Assembly: GCA_039029535.1 (NCBI GenBank)
Contig: JBCCFW010000201.1
Span: 1 to 13,132 of the forward strand
From: Acidobacteriota bacterium
Lineage (GTDB): Bacteria > Acidobacteriota > JBCCFW01
Direction: 5' to 3'
DNA length: 13,132 bases
The notes below the pieces were generated by a model that worked only from the letters and a program-made list of their open reading frames with translations, was not told where the DNA came from and ran no database searches. Below, one piece after another: positions 5,129 through 12,782 of the stretch. The stretch's first letter is position 1. Each line of letters starts with the position of its first letter. The translations under genes were made by a program, and so were the position numbers.

Positions 5129-8100
5129 TCACTCGCAGTTCATCGGGTCGGTCGCCTCGAGGACGAGCTGGACCCAGCCGTCATTGCCGCCGACCTTCTC
5201 GCTCTGGCCATCACCATTGACGACCCACGCGTAGTGGTTGTTCCACGCATGGGGGTCGAACACGCCGGTGAGATCGGCCGTCTGCGACACGTGATGCGTG
5301 CTGGCGCCCGGATTGCCGACGTCGCGGAAGTCGATGTCGGTGAGTCCCTGCATGATGTGGCTGGGCACGCCCGAAGCGGGGGTCCAATCGGGCCTTCCGG
5401 CCATCATCCGGAAGATGACCAGGGGATCGAGCTCGACTGCCGTCTCCCAGATCGGCGTCGCCTCTGCCGTCGCCATGCGCTCGTCCGTCGGATGGAGCGG
5501 CAGCTCGAGGTGCACCATCTCGAGACCCGGAAGGAGCTCGCCGGAGACCGGATCGAGCGGCGACGCCAGGGTGTTGGGCGCCGGACCCGTGTCGTTGGAG
5601 GGAATGAGCAGGTGGAGCACCGCCCCGTGAACGAGGTCGTCGCCCGCGATCCGGAAGCGCCGCGGCACCACGTGACGGAGGGAGCTGAACCCGAAGATCT
5701 CGGTCCCTCCGCTCGCGAAGAGCAGGCCGAGCTGGTAAGCCCGAATCGTGTGTGAGGTGTTGGGCCTCAACTGCTCGGTCGGCGTCCAGCCAGAGACGAA
5801 CAACGGGACGCATTCGAGCGCCGAGTTGGGAACCGCCGGCTCGAAGGTCAAGTTGGTCGGCGGCGGCAAGGAGATGACGGTGGGGGCCGGCTGGCCGGTG
5901 GGGCTCGCCACCCGACGCTCGCTTCCCAGCGGCGTGGAAGTCACGGTCATCCAGGCAGGACCATGGCCAGCGAGGGTCTCGAGCTCCTGGCGGCTGAATG
6001 ACGGTGACCCGCTACCGAAGACGGTCTCCTCACGATAGCGACGCGGATTGCCGGCTGGATCGGTGGCATCGGAAGAGGGGTCGTAGATCCAGCCCCTCTC
6101 GTGAATCGTCGCGAAGGCAGGGTCCCCGATGCCCATCCGGACCACGAGGCCGGCATTGGCGATGTCCGCCTGATCCTCGGCCAGGTCCCAGTCGGCGGCA
6201 TGGGTACCGACCGTGAAGTTCGTCATCGAGAAGGTTCGGCCCACCACCGGGGCCGTGCCGAAGTCGAACTCGTGCAGGAACTGAGCGAGCCACCCGCCTC
6301 CCGAGGGGCTGAACTGTGACACGAACGCATTGATCGTCTCGTCCGGATTGTCCCCCCCCACGGTAGTACCTCGCACGCCAGCGTGATTGAGGCCTTCGAA
6401 CCCCGTGATCGGCGAGACGGACATGGTGGTCGTGCTGGCGGGCGTGAACCCATTGATCTCGCGACGCGCTTCCTTCTGGAAGAGACCGCGGAGAGCCGCT
6501 CCCTCCATGGGTCGGACTGCCGGATCCTCGGGAGCATTCGGAGGCGTGAAGGTCGAGCCCGTGTCGAAGGGTTGATCCTCGTGGAACCCGGACGGTAACG
6601 AGAGGGTGTTGTCACTGCCCTCGGGCAGGGCGTGGCAATGCGCGCAGGCGGGGTCGACGCCGGGGTTCGCTGGCACGATGTGAAACAGCTTCATGCCGCG
6701 CAGGGCCCCCGAGCCCTGTGTCGGATCGTTGTAGCCCGCCGGCGTTTGGCTCGGGTTCAGCTTTCCCGAGAACTCTCTCGTCTTGAGCTGCTTGGGGTTC
6801 GGCGGATAGTGAATGGAGTTGATGAACTCCTCGAAGACCGCGATCTCGTCATCGTCGAGGATGCGGTCACGGCCGAGGAGCCCCACGAACGCGCCGTTGA
6901 AATCCTGGAAGGTGTTCCGGTCGCCACGCCAGTGGTACGGCGCGTTGGTCACCAGCCGTTGGCTGGTGGTCGTGAGAGGCTGACCCGTGACGGGATCCGT
7001 CGGAGTCAAGTCACCGATCGGAGCGACCTCATGGTTCAGGAGCCCCTGGAGCGACTGGGTCACCATGTAGCGTTTCGGCGCGCCGAAGCGCAGCTCGTTG
7101 TTGAGATTGGGAGGTCCGACGTCGGTCGTGACCACGGTGAGGAGCTGCTCGGGGACGCAGGATGCTCCGGCAAAGGCATCACCGGCATCCATCGCGGTGA
7201 CGTCCCCGTCACAGTCACAGTCACCGACCTCGGACACCTCGATGACGGTGTCCCCATCACAGTCGACACCATTGAGGCAGGTCTCTCCTGCCGTGACGTC
7301 GACGTCGGCGACACCATCGCAGTTGCAGTCACCCACCTCGACCGGATCGATGATGGTGTTCCCGTTGCAATCGAGCCCCTTGACGCCAGGAAGGCCACCA
7401 CTGAGGTCCCAGGCCAAGCCGTCGGTCCGACCGTCGACGTGGCAGCTCGCACAGGAGTCGAAGCCGTTGCCGGAGAGCCGGGCGCTGTACAAGAACTCTC
7501 GGCCTTCCTTGACGTAGTCCGGCGTCGGGTCGTGGAGGTCCCAGGGCCACTCGAGATGGGGCATCGTCGGACCGTTGGGATTGAAGACCGTGATCGAGTT
7601 GGACACGCGATTGAGGATGATGAGACGGTCGGGCTGACCGGACTCCCCTTCCTGCAGGGCGAGACCACGAGGACCGGCCATCGGGCTGGGCTCGGGCACG
7701 ACATCGAAGCTCTCGACCAGCCAATCGTCAGTGTTGGCCCCAGTCAGCGTGACGCGTCCGATTCGGTCGCTCCCGAAAGCCGCGATGAGCACCTGTTTCT
7801 CGCCACTCGCGCTCTCGTGAACGATGATGTCGGTGGGCTGCACCAGAGCCCGACTGCGATCGACCGGCATCTCGGCCCCACTGACGAACATCGCATTGAG
7901 ATCGCGGGACAGGACCGTGGGAGTCGGCGAGCAGGGGTCGGGGATGACGTAGAGGAAGCTCTCGACGAAACCGGTGCTGAGGAGCGAAACGGCGTGCTCA
8001 CCGTGCACGCCGGCCTCGCGGTTCAGCGCCCTGGCACCCACCACGTAGAGCGTGCCTGCATCGTCGAAGGCCATGTTCCAGTTGGTGGTCCCGAGACCAC

Positions 8101-9139
8101 CACGGATGCGGGAGTCAGCACGGCGGCTGAAGGGCGAGGGACCGCCGAGGAGCGACTTGGAGGTCTGCGACCAGAGGTCGGCGTCGTAGCGGAAGCCACG
8201 CACGGTGTCCTCGCTCTGGTGTGAGCCGCCCAGGTGTCCCAGCACGAAGAGCCGATCACAGGTCGGGTCCGGGCTCGTGTCGAGAGTCCAGGGCTGCTTG
8301 AGGGCGAAGGTGTCGATCCGGAAGTCCCCGAAGACGTCATCGGGGGTCAGCCCGTCGCCATTGATGTCGTCCATGGCGTCGATGTCGCCGTCGAGGTCGA
8401 CATCGTTGGTGGCCGTCGGAACGAAGCGGCGGAAGCGCTCGGCTCCTCCCGGAAGAGTGCACATCGGGTCGACCTCGGGGTGACAGCCCGGGACGAGGTT
8501 CTCGTAGTCACCCTCCACGGTGGCCAGGGTCACCGGATCGTAGATGCCGAGCGTGTCCAGGGTCATGTGGGTGACCACGAGCACGGTCATCGGCAGGCCC
8601 GTCCCCGGCGCTCCCACGTCCACTTCGGTCATGTCGAGCGGCTCGTCCATGACCTCGATGGTCTTGAAGTCGAACATCCGGAGCTCGTCGACGCTCTTGG
8701 GGTCCTTGGGATCGGCGGCGGTCCAGACCAACTGGCCGGTGGTGATCGAGTCCCCGAGGAAATTCGCCACGTGGAAGCGCCCAAGAGTCTGCGACCAGCG
8801 CACCGAGACGGGCTCGAGCCCGGTCGGGATGCGCATCTCGAACTGCCCCTGGATGGCCATTCCCTGGGTGGCACCGTAGATCTCGAGCGAGTTGTCCGGC
8901 GTGTTCACGACGAGCAGGAAGTCCTGCTCCTCACCGGTCTTGGTGTCCTGAAGAGTGATGAGCTCGAGCGGATGGACCTGAGGACTCTCGACGTTGTAGT
9001 AGTCAGTCCGGCCTTGCGCCCAGGCCGGGGCGGCCGGCGTGAGGGAAACCAGGAGCGCGAGGGCCCCCAGTGCCCCCACTCGGAGCTCGCGAGTGAGGTG
9101 CGCGCGAACCGTTCGACGTGCTGGCTTGCGGTGGAACAT
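5129..9139 (-). CDS. Large secreted multidomain protein of 1337 aa. It has a Sec signal peptide, beta-propeller (YVTN/NHL-like) repeats, EF-hand/dockerin-like Ca2+ loops, a di-heme cytochrome c peroxidase/MauG-like core (two CxxCH) interrupted by Cys-rich Ca-binding tandem repeats, and a C-terminal domain of about 270 aa with no recognisable similarity.
   Basis: I prefer ATG at 9139 because GGGAGG lies 3 nt upstream and it begins a textbook signal peptide (MFHRKPARRTVRAHLTRELRVGALGALALLVSLTPAAPAWA/QG). The ORF-track start GTG 9358 adds 73 non-signal residues and is less likely. Propeller-blade motifs include VVNTPDNSLEIY, VANFLGDSITTG and ILNRVSNSITVFN. Heme 1 is LYSARLSGNGFDSCASCH (codons 7453..7439) and heme 2 is KLFHIVPANPGVDPACAHCH (about 6632..6646), with APYHWRGD between them. 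Stop TGA is at 5129-5131. Confidence 0.8.
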   Translation of the reverse strand: MFHRKPARRTVRAHLTRELRVGALGALALLVSLTPAAPAWAQGRTDYYNVESPQVHPLELITLQDTKTGEEQDFLLVVNTPDNSLEIYGATQGMAIQGQFEMRIPTGLEPVSVRWSQTLGRFHVANFLGDSITTGQLVWTAADPKDPKSVDELRMFDFKTIEVMDEPLDMTEVDVGAPGTGLPMTVLVVTHMTLDTLGIYDPVTLATVEGDYENLVPGCHPEVDPMCTLPGGAERFRRFVPTATNDVDLDGDIDAMDDINGDGLTPDDVFGDFRIDTFALKQPWTLDTSPDPTCDRLFVLGHLGGSHQSEDTVRGFRYDADLWSQTSKSLLGGPSPFSRRADSRIRGGLGTTNWNMAFDDAGTLYVVGARALNREAGVHGEHAVSLLSTGFVESFLYVIPDPCSPTPTVLSRDLNAMFVSGAEMPVDRSRALVQPTDIIVHESASGEKQVLIAAFGSDRIGRVTLTGANTDDWLVESFDVVPEPSPMAGPRGLALQEGESGQPDRLIILNRVSNSITVFNPNGPTMPHLEWPWDLHDPTPDYVKEGREFLYSARLSGNGFDSCASCHVDGRTDGLAWDLSGGLPGVKGLDCNGNTIIDPVEVGDCNCDGVADVDVTAGETCLNGVDCDGDTVIEVSEVGDCDCDGDVTAMDAGDAFAGASCVPEQLLTVVTTDVGPPNLNNELRFGAPKRYMVTQSLQGLLNHEVAPIGDLTPTDPVTGQPLTTTSQRLVTNAPYHWRGDRNTFQDFNGAFVGLLGRDRILDDDEIAVFEEFINSIHYPPNPKQLKTREFSGKLNPSQTPAGYNDPTQGSGALRGMKLFHIVPANPGVDPACAHCHALPEGSDNTLSLPSGFHEDQPFDTGSTFTPPNAPEDPAVRPMEGAALRGLFQKEARREINGFTPASTTTMSVSPITGFEGLNHAGVRGTTVGGDNPDETINAFVSQFSPSGGGWLAQFLHEFDFGTAPVVGRTFSMTNFTVGTHAADWDLAEDQADIANAGLVVRMGIGDPAFATIHERGWIYDPSSDATDPAGNPRRYREETVFGSGSPSFSRQELETLAGHGPAWMTVTSTPLGSERRVASPTGQPAPTVISLPPPTNLTFEPAVPNSALECVPLFVSGWTPTEQLRPNTSHTIRAYQLGLLFASGGTEIFGFSSLRHVVPRRFRIAGDDLVHGAVLHLLIPSNDTGPAPNTLASPLDPVSGELLPGLEMVHLELPLHPTDERMATAEATPIWETAVELDPLVIFRMMAGRPDWTPASGVPSHIMQGLTDIDFRDVGNPGASTHHVSQTADLTGVFDPHAWNNHYAWVVNGDGQSEKVGGNDGWVQLVLEATDPMNCE
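9017..9139 (-). other. Signal peptide of the giant protein. Predicted cleavage after AWA.
   Basis: A positively charged n-region (HRKPARRTVRAH), a hydrophobic core (LRVGALGALALLVSL) and an AxA site (PAWA-QG). Confidence 0.6.
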
Positions 9140-9197
9140 GGGCCTCCCGAGAAAGTCGTGGCCGACCCGTGACACGGCCGGCCGGGTGACCGACCGA

Positions 9198-9210
9198 GTT
9201 CCTGGAACTG
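9198..9210. promoter_or_regulatory. Perfect 13-bp palindrome AGTTCC-W-GGAACT, about 60 nt upstream of the giant-gene start codon. Candidate operator.
   Basis: Plus strand AGTTCCTGGAACT equals its reverse complement. It lies in the 5' region of the minus-strand giant gene. A second hairpin, CCTGACG-actccca-CGTCAGG, sits near 9306-9330. Confidence 0.35.
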
Positions 9211-9374
9211 GCCGGCTACTCTCGACAACGGGGCTGCGAGCCCAGTGCGCAGGCAAATCGCCGAGCTCGTCCCGATCCGCCGCGGTCGCCACTCCCCCGG
9301 GAGGACCTGACGACTCCCACGTCAGGCAATCCGGTGACCTAGCGGACGCTGACCGCACGGCCGTGGAGAGCGGT

Positions 9375-9530
9375 GGGACTCACTTCCCTGGCCTGACGGG
9401 GCACGGGGGCATGGAGCGCGCCAGTGGCGTTGCCGTGACCTCACGACGACCGCGCGACTCAGCACGGCCCTGGAGGGCCGGGGGATTCACTTCCCCGGCC
9501 CGACGGGGCGTGGGGGCATGGAGCGCGCCA
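9375..9530. repeat. Two copies of a 49-bp direct repeat (about 90% identical, 107-bp period) in the asnS / giant-gene intergenic region.
   Basis: Copy A (9375..9423) is GGGACTCACTTCCCTGGCCTGACGGGGCACGGGGGCATGGAGCGCGCCA. Copy B (9482..9530) is GGGATTCACTTCCCCGGCCCGACGGGGCGTGGGGGCATGGAGCGCGCCA. Five substitutions separate them. Each copy has internal CCCCG..CGGGG dyad potential. Confidence 0.6.
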
Positions 9531-9559
9531 AGGGCGCGCGCCGGCCCCCACACCTGAAA

Positions 9560-10960
9560 CTAAAACGCGGCCGAGCGTCGCGTGCGCGGGTACGGGATGA
9601 CGTCGCGGATGTTGGCCATCCCCGTCACGTACTGGAGGCAGCGGTCGAGCCCCAGCCCGAAGCCCGCGTGGGGCGTCGTGCCGTAGCGGCGGAGATCCCG
9701 GTACCACCAGTAGTTCTCGATGGGCAGGCCGGTCTCGCCGATCCGCTCGTCGAGGACGTCGAGACGCTCCTCACGCTGGCTCCCTCCGATGATCTCGCCG
9801 ATCCCCGGGGCCAGCACGTCCATCGCGGCGACCGTCTTCTGGTCGTCGTTGAGACGCATGTAGAAGGCCTTGATCTCCTTCGGATAGTTCATGACCACCA
9901 CCGGCCGGCCGACGTGCTCCTCGGTGAGCCAGCGTTCGTGCTCGGACTGGAGGTCGGTCCCCCACTCCACCGGGAACTCGAACGTCTTGCCCGAGTCCTG
10001 CAAGGCCTTCACGGCGTCGCCGTACTCCATCCGCTCGAAGCTCGCCTCGACGAAGCGCTCGAGGCGCTCCACCGCGGTCTTCTCGATGCGCTCGGCGAAG
10101 AACGCCATGTCGTCGCCGCGGGTGTCGAGGACCTCCCGGAAGATCGACTTGAGCATGGCCTCGGCCAGGTCGGCGTCGTCGGAGAGATCGGCGAAGCTGA
10201 TCTCCGGCTCGACCATCCAGAACTCGGCCAGGTGACGCGAGGTGTTCGAGTTCTCCGCCCGGAACGTCGGGCCAAACGTGTAGACCTTGCTCAGCGCCTG
10301 GCAGAAGCCCTCGACGTTGAGCTGACCCGACACGGTGAGGAAGGCCTCCTTGCCGAAGAAGTCCTGCTCGAAGTCGGGTGACCCCTCCGGCGTGAGCGGC
10401 GTGTTGACCAGGTCCAGGGTCGAGACCCGGAACATCTCCCCCGCCCCCTCGCAGTCGGAGGCGGTGATGATCGGGGTCTGCACCCAGTAGAAGCCGTTCT
10501 CGTGGAAGAAGCGGTGAATCGCCTGGGAGAGGGCGTGCCGAACCCGCGCCACCGCCCCGAAGGTGTTGGTGCGGGTGCGCAGGTGCGCGACCTCCCGAAG
10601 GTACTCGAAGCCGTGACGCTTCGCGGCAATCGGGTAGGTGTCGGGGTCCTCGACCCAGCCGACGACCTCGATGCTCTCCGCCCGGATCTCGACCGACTGC
10701 CCCTTGCCCTTGGACTCGACCAGCTCGCCGGTGACCGACACCGAGCAGCCCGGGCCGATCTTGAGCACCACGTCCTCGTAATTGGCCAGGTCCTTCGGAG
10801 CGACGACCTGCAAGTTGTCGAAGCAGGAGCCGTCGTTGACCTGAACGAAGCTCAGGCCCGCCTTGGAGTCGCGGCGGGTGCGCACCCAACCGCGAATCGT
10901 GACGCTGGAGCCGACGCTCGGGGAACCGCTGAGAACCGAAGAGATGCTGACCGTGGACAT
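9560..10960 (-). CDS. asnS: Asparagine--tRNA ligase (asparaginyl-tRNA synthetase, class IIb).
   Basis: The 466-aa product has an OB-fold anticodon-binding N-terminus ([24 protein letters not shown]). It carries the class II motifs [33 protein letters not shown] and [11 protein letters not shown] at 10960 has GGAGG 9 nt upstream. Stop TAG is at 9560-9562. Confidence 0.95.
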   Translation of the reverse strand: MSTVSISSVLSGSPSVGSSVTIRGWVRTRRDSKAGLSFVQVNDGSCFDNLQVVAPKDLANYEDVVLKIGPGCSVSVTGELVESKGKGQSVEIRAESIEVVGWVEDPDTYPIAAKRHGFEYLREVAHLRTRTNTFGAVARVRHALSQAIHRFFHENGFYWVQTPIITASDCEGAGEMFRVSTLDLVNTPLTPEGSPDFEQDFFGKEAFLTVSGQLNVEGFCQALSKVYTFGPTFRAENSNTSRHLAEFWMVEPEISFADLSDDADLAEAMLKSIFREVLDTRGDDMAFFAERIEKTAVERLERFVEASFERMEYGDAVKALQDSGKTFEFPVEWGTDLQSEHERWLTEEHVGRPVVVMNYPKEIKAFYMRLNDDQKTVAAMDVLAPGIGEIIGGSQREERLDVLDERIGETGLPIENYWWYRDLRRYGTTPHAGFGLGLDRCLQYVTGMANIRDVIPYPRTRRSAAF

Positions 10961-11047
10961 GACGTGAATCCTCCGAAGTCGGGGAGGGTATCAGCGCCGT
11001 GCTCGGACGAGGTGCATCCCTGCGCGCGAGCACGACATGCTGGCCTG

Positions 11048-11809
11048 ATGTCGCACCTGCTCCCCCTCGCCTGTGGTCTCGCGGCCGGCCTCGTCGCCGG
11101 CCTGCTCGGCGTGGGTGGCGGTCTCATCCTCGTGCCGGCGATGGTCTTCCTGCTCGACGTGCCCCTCAAGCGGGCAGTCGGCACCTCCCTGGCGGCCGTC
11201 ATCGCCATCGCGGCCGTGGCCGTGGTCGCCGAGCAGGTCGCCGCTCCCGAGAACCTGCGCTGGGAGTGGGCCGGCTGGCTCACGCTCGGCGCCATCCCGG
11301 GCTCCTTCGTCGGCGCCAAGCTGGTCGCCCGTCTCCCCACCCGTCAACTCGGCCTGGCCCTCACGGTCGTGCTGGTGCTCGCCGCCGTGAAGATCAGCGG
11401 GTTGCTCCCCGGCCTCGACGCCGTCCGACTCCCGCTGTCGGGTCCCCTCCCTCACGTCGCGGCGGGGTTCGTCGCCGGGATCATCTCCGCCCTGTTCGGC
11501 ATCGGAGGCGGGCTGCTCGCGGTACCCCTGCTGGCGCTCTTCCACCCGGAGTGGCGCTTTCACGCCTGCCGGGCGACGTCGCTGATCATGATCGTGCCGA
11601 CCGCGCTCGCGGGGGCACTGTTCCACCGCAAGCTCGAGCAGCTCGACCGCGCGCTAGCAGCTCGCCTGGTACCGGGCGCCCTGGCCGGAAGCGTGGCGGG
11701 AGTGGTGATCGCCCAGTACAGCCCAGCGAATGTCCTGAAGCTGCTGTTCGCGATCTTCCTCCTGGCCTCCGCCTTCCGCCTCGGCCGCCGAAGCCTGGGC
11801 GCCAGTTGA
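11048..11809 (+). CDS. TauE/SafE (TSUP, DUF81) family inner-membrane transporter, such as a sulfite/sulfoacetate exporter-like permease.
   Basis: The 253-aa product is highly hydrophobic and has the two-repeat topology with paired glycine-rich motifs (LLGVGGGLILVPAMV and LFGIGGGLLAVPLL). ATG at 11048 opens directly into the first helix, and the upstream part of the ORF-track frame is non-hydrophobic. Stop TGA is at 11807-11809. Confidence 0.85.
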   Translation: MSHLLPLACGLAAGLVAGLLGVGGGLILVPAMVFLLDVPLKRAVGTSLAAVIAIAAVAVVAEQVAAPENLRWEWAGWLTLGAIPGSFVGAKLVARLPTRQLGLALTVVLVLAAVKISGLLPGLDAVRLPLSGPLPHVAAGFVAGIISALFGIGGGLLAVPLLALFHPEWRFHACRATSLIMIVPTALAGALFHRKLEQLDRALAARLVPGALAGSVAGVVIAQYSPANVLKLLFAIFLLASAFRLGRRSLGAS

Positions 11810-12538
11810 TCGAGCGATGAGCTCGTTGAGACGAGCTTCCATCTCGACCAGCGCCTGGGACTCGAGCTGACGGACTCGCTCCTTGGAGAGTCCGAGCTCG
11901 GCGGCCAACGACGACAAGGTGCGCCGTTCGCCACCGAGCCCAAATCCGAACCGGCCCTCCAACACGTGGCGGTGGCGAGGCGTCAGGCTGTCGAGAGCCC
12001 GACGCACGAGATCGCAGCGCTCTGCCTCGAGCAAGTTCTCGTCCTGACAGGGCTCCTCCTGGCCCAGCCGGGCGTCCGCCTCCGCATCCCCGCCCTCGGG
12101 CAAGAGGTCCCCGAGGCTCAGCTCGCGGGGGAGCGGAAGGTCGGTGCGCTCGAGACGGGAACGGGGCACTCGCACCGTTCTCGCCTGCATGTTCACCGCC
12201 TCCGAGAGTGCCCTCCGCACCCACCAACTCGCATAGGTCATGAAACGGAAGCCGCGCGACGCGTCGTAGCGTCCCACTGCTTCGAGAAGTCCTCGACAGG
12301 CTTCACCCATCAGGTCCTCGGCTGACAGCCCGCGATGGCGGAATGCCAGCACTGCCCGGATGAGCAGCGCGAAGTGAGCCTCCAACAACCTGCGCGTGGC
12401 CTCGGCATCACCATCCGCCGCCGCAGCCACGAGTGCGATCTCCTCGTCTCGGTCAATGCGACGTCCCCTCTCGAACGTCCCCGAGTACGCACCCAACAAC
12501 GAAGCCCTGCGTCCCTTGCGGTTGTCTCTGCTGGCCAC
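11654..12538 (-). CDS. Compact RNA polymerase sigma factor of the sigma-70 family, with RpoD-like regions 2, 3.0 and 4.
   Basis: Region 2.3/2.4 reads FRFMTYASWWVRRALSEAV, region 3.0 reads ARTVRVPRSRLE, and the region 4.2 helix-turn-helix reads RRTLSSLAAELGLSKERVRQLESQALVEM. I prefer GTG at 12538 because GGGAGGT sits 6 nt upstream. The ORF-track start is TTG at 12595. The 3' end overlaps the convergent permease gene by about 156 nt before TAG at 11654. Confidence 0.8.
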   Translation of the reverse strand: MASRDNRKGRRASLLGAYSGTFERGRRIDRDEEIALVAAAADGDAEATRRLLEAHFALLIRAVLAFRHRGLSAEDLMGEACRGLLEAVGRYDASRGFRFMTYASWWVRRALSEAVNMQARTVRVPRSRLERTDLPLPRELSLGDLLPEGGDAEADARLGQEEPCQDENLLEAERCDLVRRALDSLTPRHRHVLEGRFGFGLGGERRTLSSLAAELGLSKERVRQLESQALVEMEARLNELIARSTGAQASAAEAEGGGQEEDREQQLQDIRWAVLGDHHSRHASGQGARYQASC

Positions 12539-12689
12539 GTTTCGACCTCCCGCCGCGGGCACTTGCCCGTCGGCCCATTGGAGCGTCCGACCCAATTCGG
12601 CCTCGCGTCCTCGGCGGCTCCGGACCGGTTCCCCAGCGCGCCACCCGCCTCGTCAGCTCCGGCGCCCCCCGGCGCCACGGTCGCTCTGA

Positions 12690-12730
12690 AGGGAGATTAA
12701 TGCCGCAGCAGCATGAATGTCAATGCAGCA
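12690..12730 (-). promoter_or_regulatory. Putative sigma-70-type promoter for the sigma-factor gene (-35 TTGACA, then a 17-18 nt spacer, then TTAATC/TAATCT). Coordinates are approximate.
   Basis: The minus strand reads cATTGACAttcatgctgctgcggcaTTAATCTccc within the only AT-rich stretch of the window (about 12690-12830). AATGCCG occurs twice there in direct orientation. Confidence 0.35.
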
Positions 12731-12782
12731 TTGCTTTCTGGACAACAAAATGCCGAGACCGCATCCGAAACTGGGAAATTCG

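Noticed and set aside
6632-9172. Long plus-strand ORFs (6632..8224, 530 aa; 8234..9172, 312 aa; also 4973..5755) opposite the giant gene.
   Set aside because: They are codon-aligned antisense shadows of the 5129..9139 gene. Their products have no motifs and a strongly biased composition. The sense frame has coherent domain signatures.
9140-9358. A 73-codon N-terminal extension of the giant ORF back to GTG 9358.
   Set aside because: The extension is not hydrophobic and would bury the signal peptide. The internal ATG 9139 has a GGGAGG Shine-Dalgarno and starts a canonical signal sequence. The operator-like palindromes also lie inside the extension.
9560-10960. The impression that asnS is unusually close to the enterobacterial AsnRS, which would suggest horizontal transfer into a high-GC genome.
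   Set aside because: AsnRS is strongly conserved across bacteria, and I cannot compute an identity or composition statistic here. The gene's GC content and codon usage look native to the window.
9518-11033. ORFs 9518..10381 (+), 9771..11033 (-) and 9891..10235 (+) overlapping asnS.
   Set aside because: asnS is unambiguous (class II motifs, good RBS). The overlapping frames are compositional artefacts.
10502-11047. An upstream extension of the TauE-family ORF to 10502.
   Set aside because: It would run antisense through the asnS 5' region. The hydrophobic protein only begins at ATG 11048.
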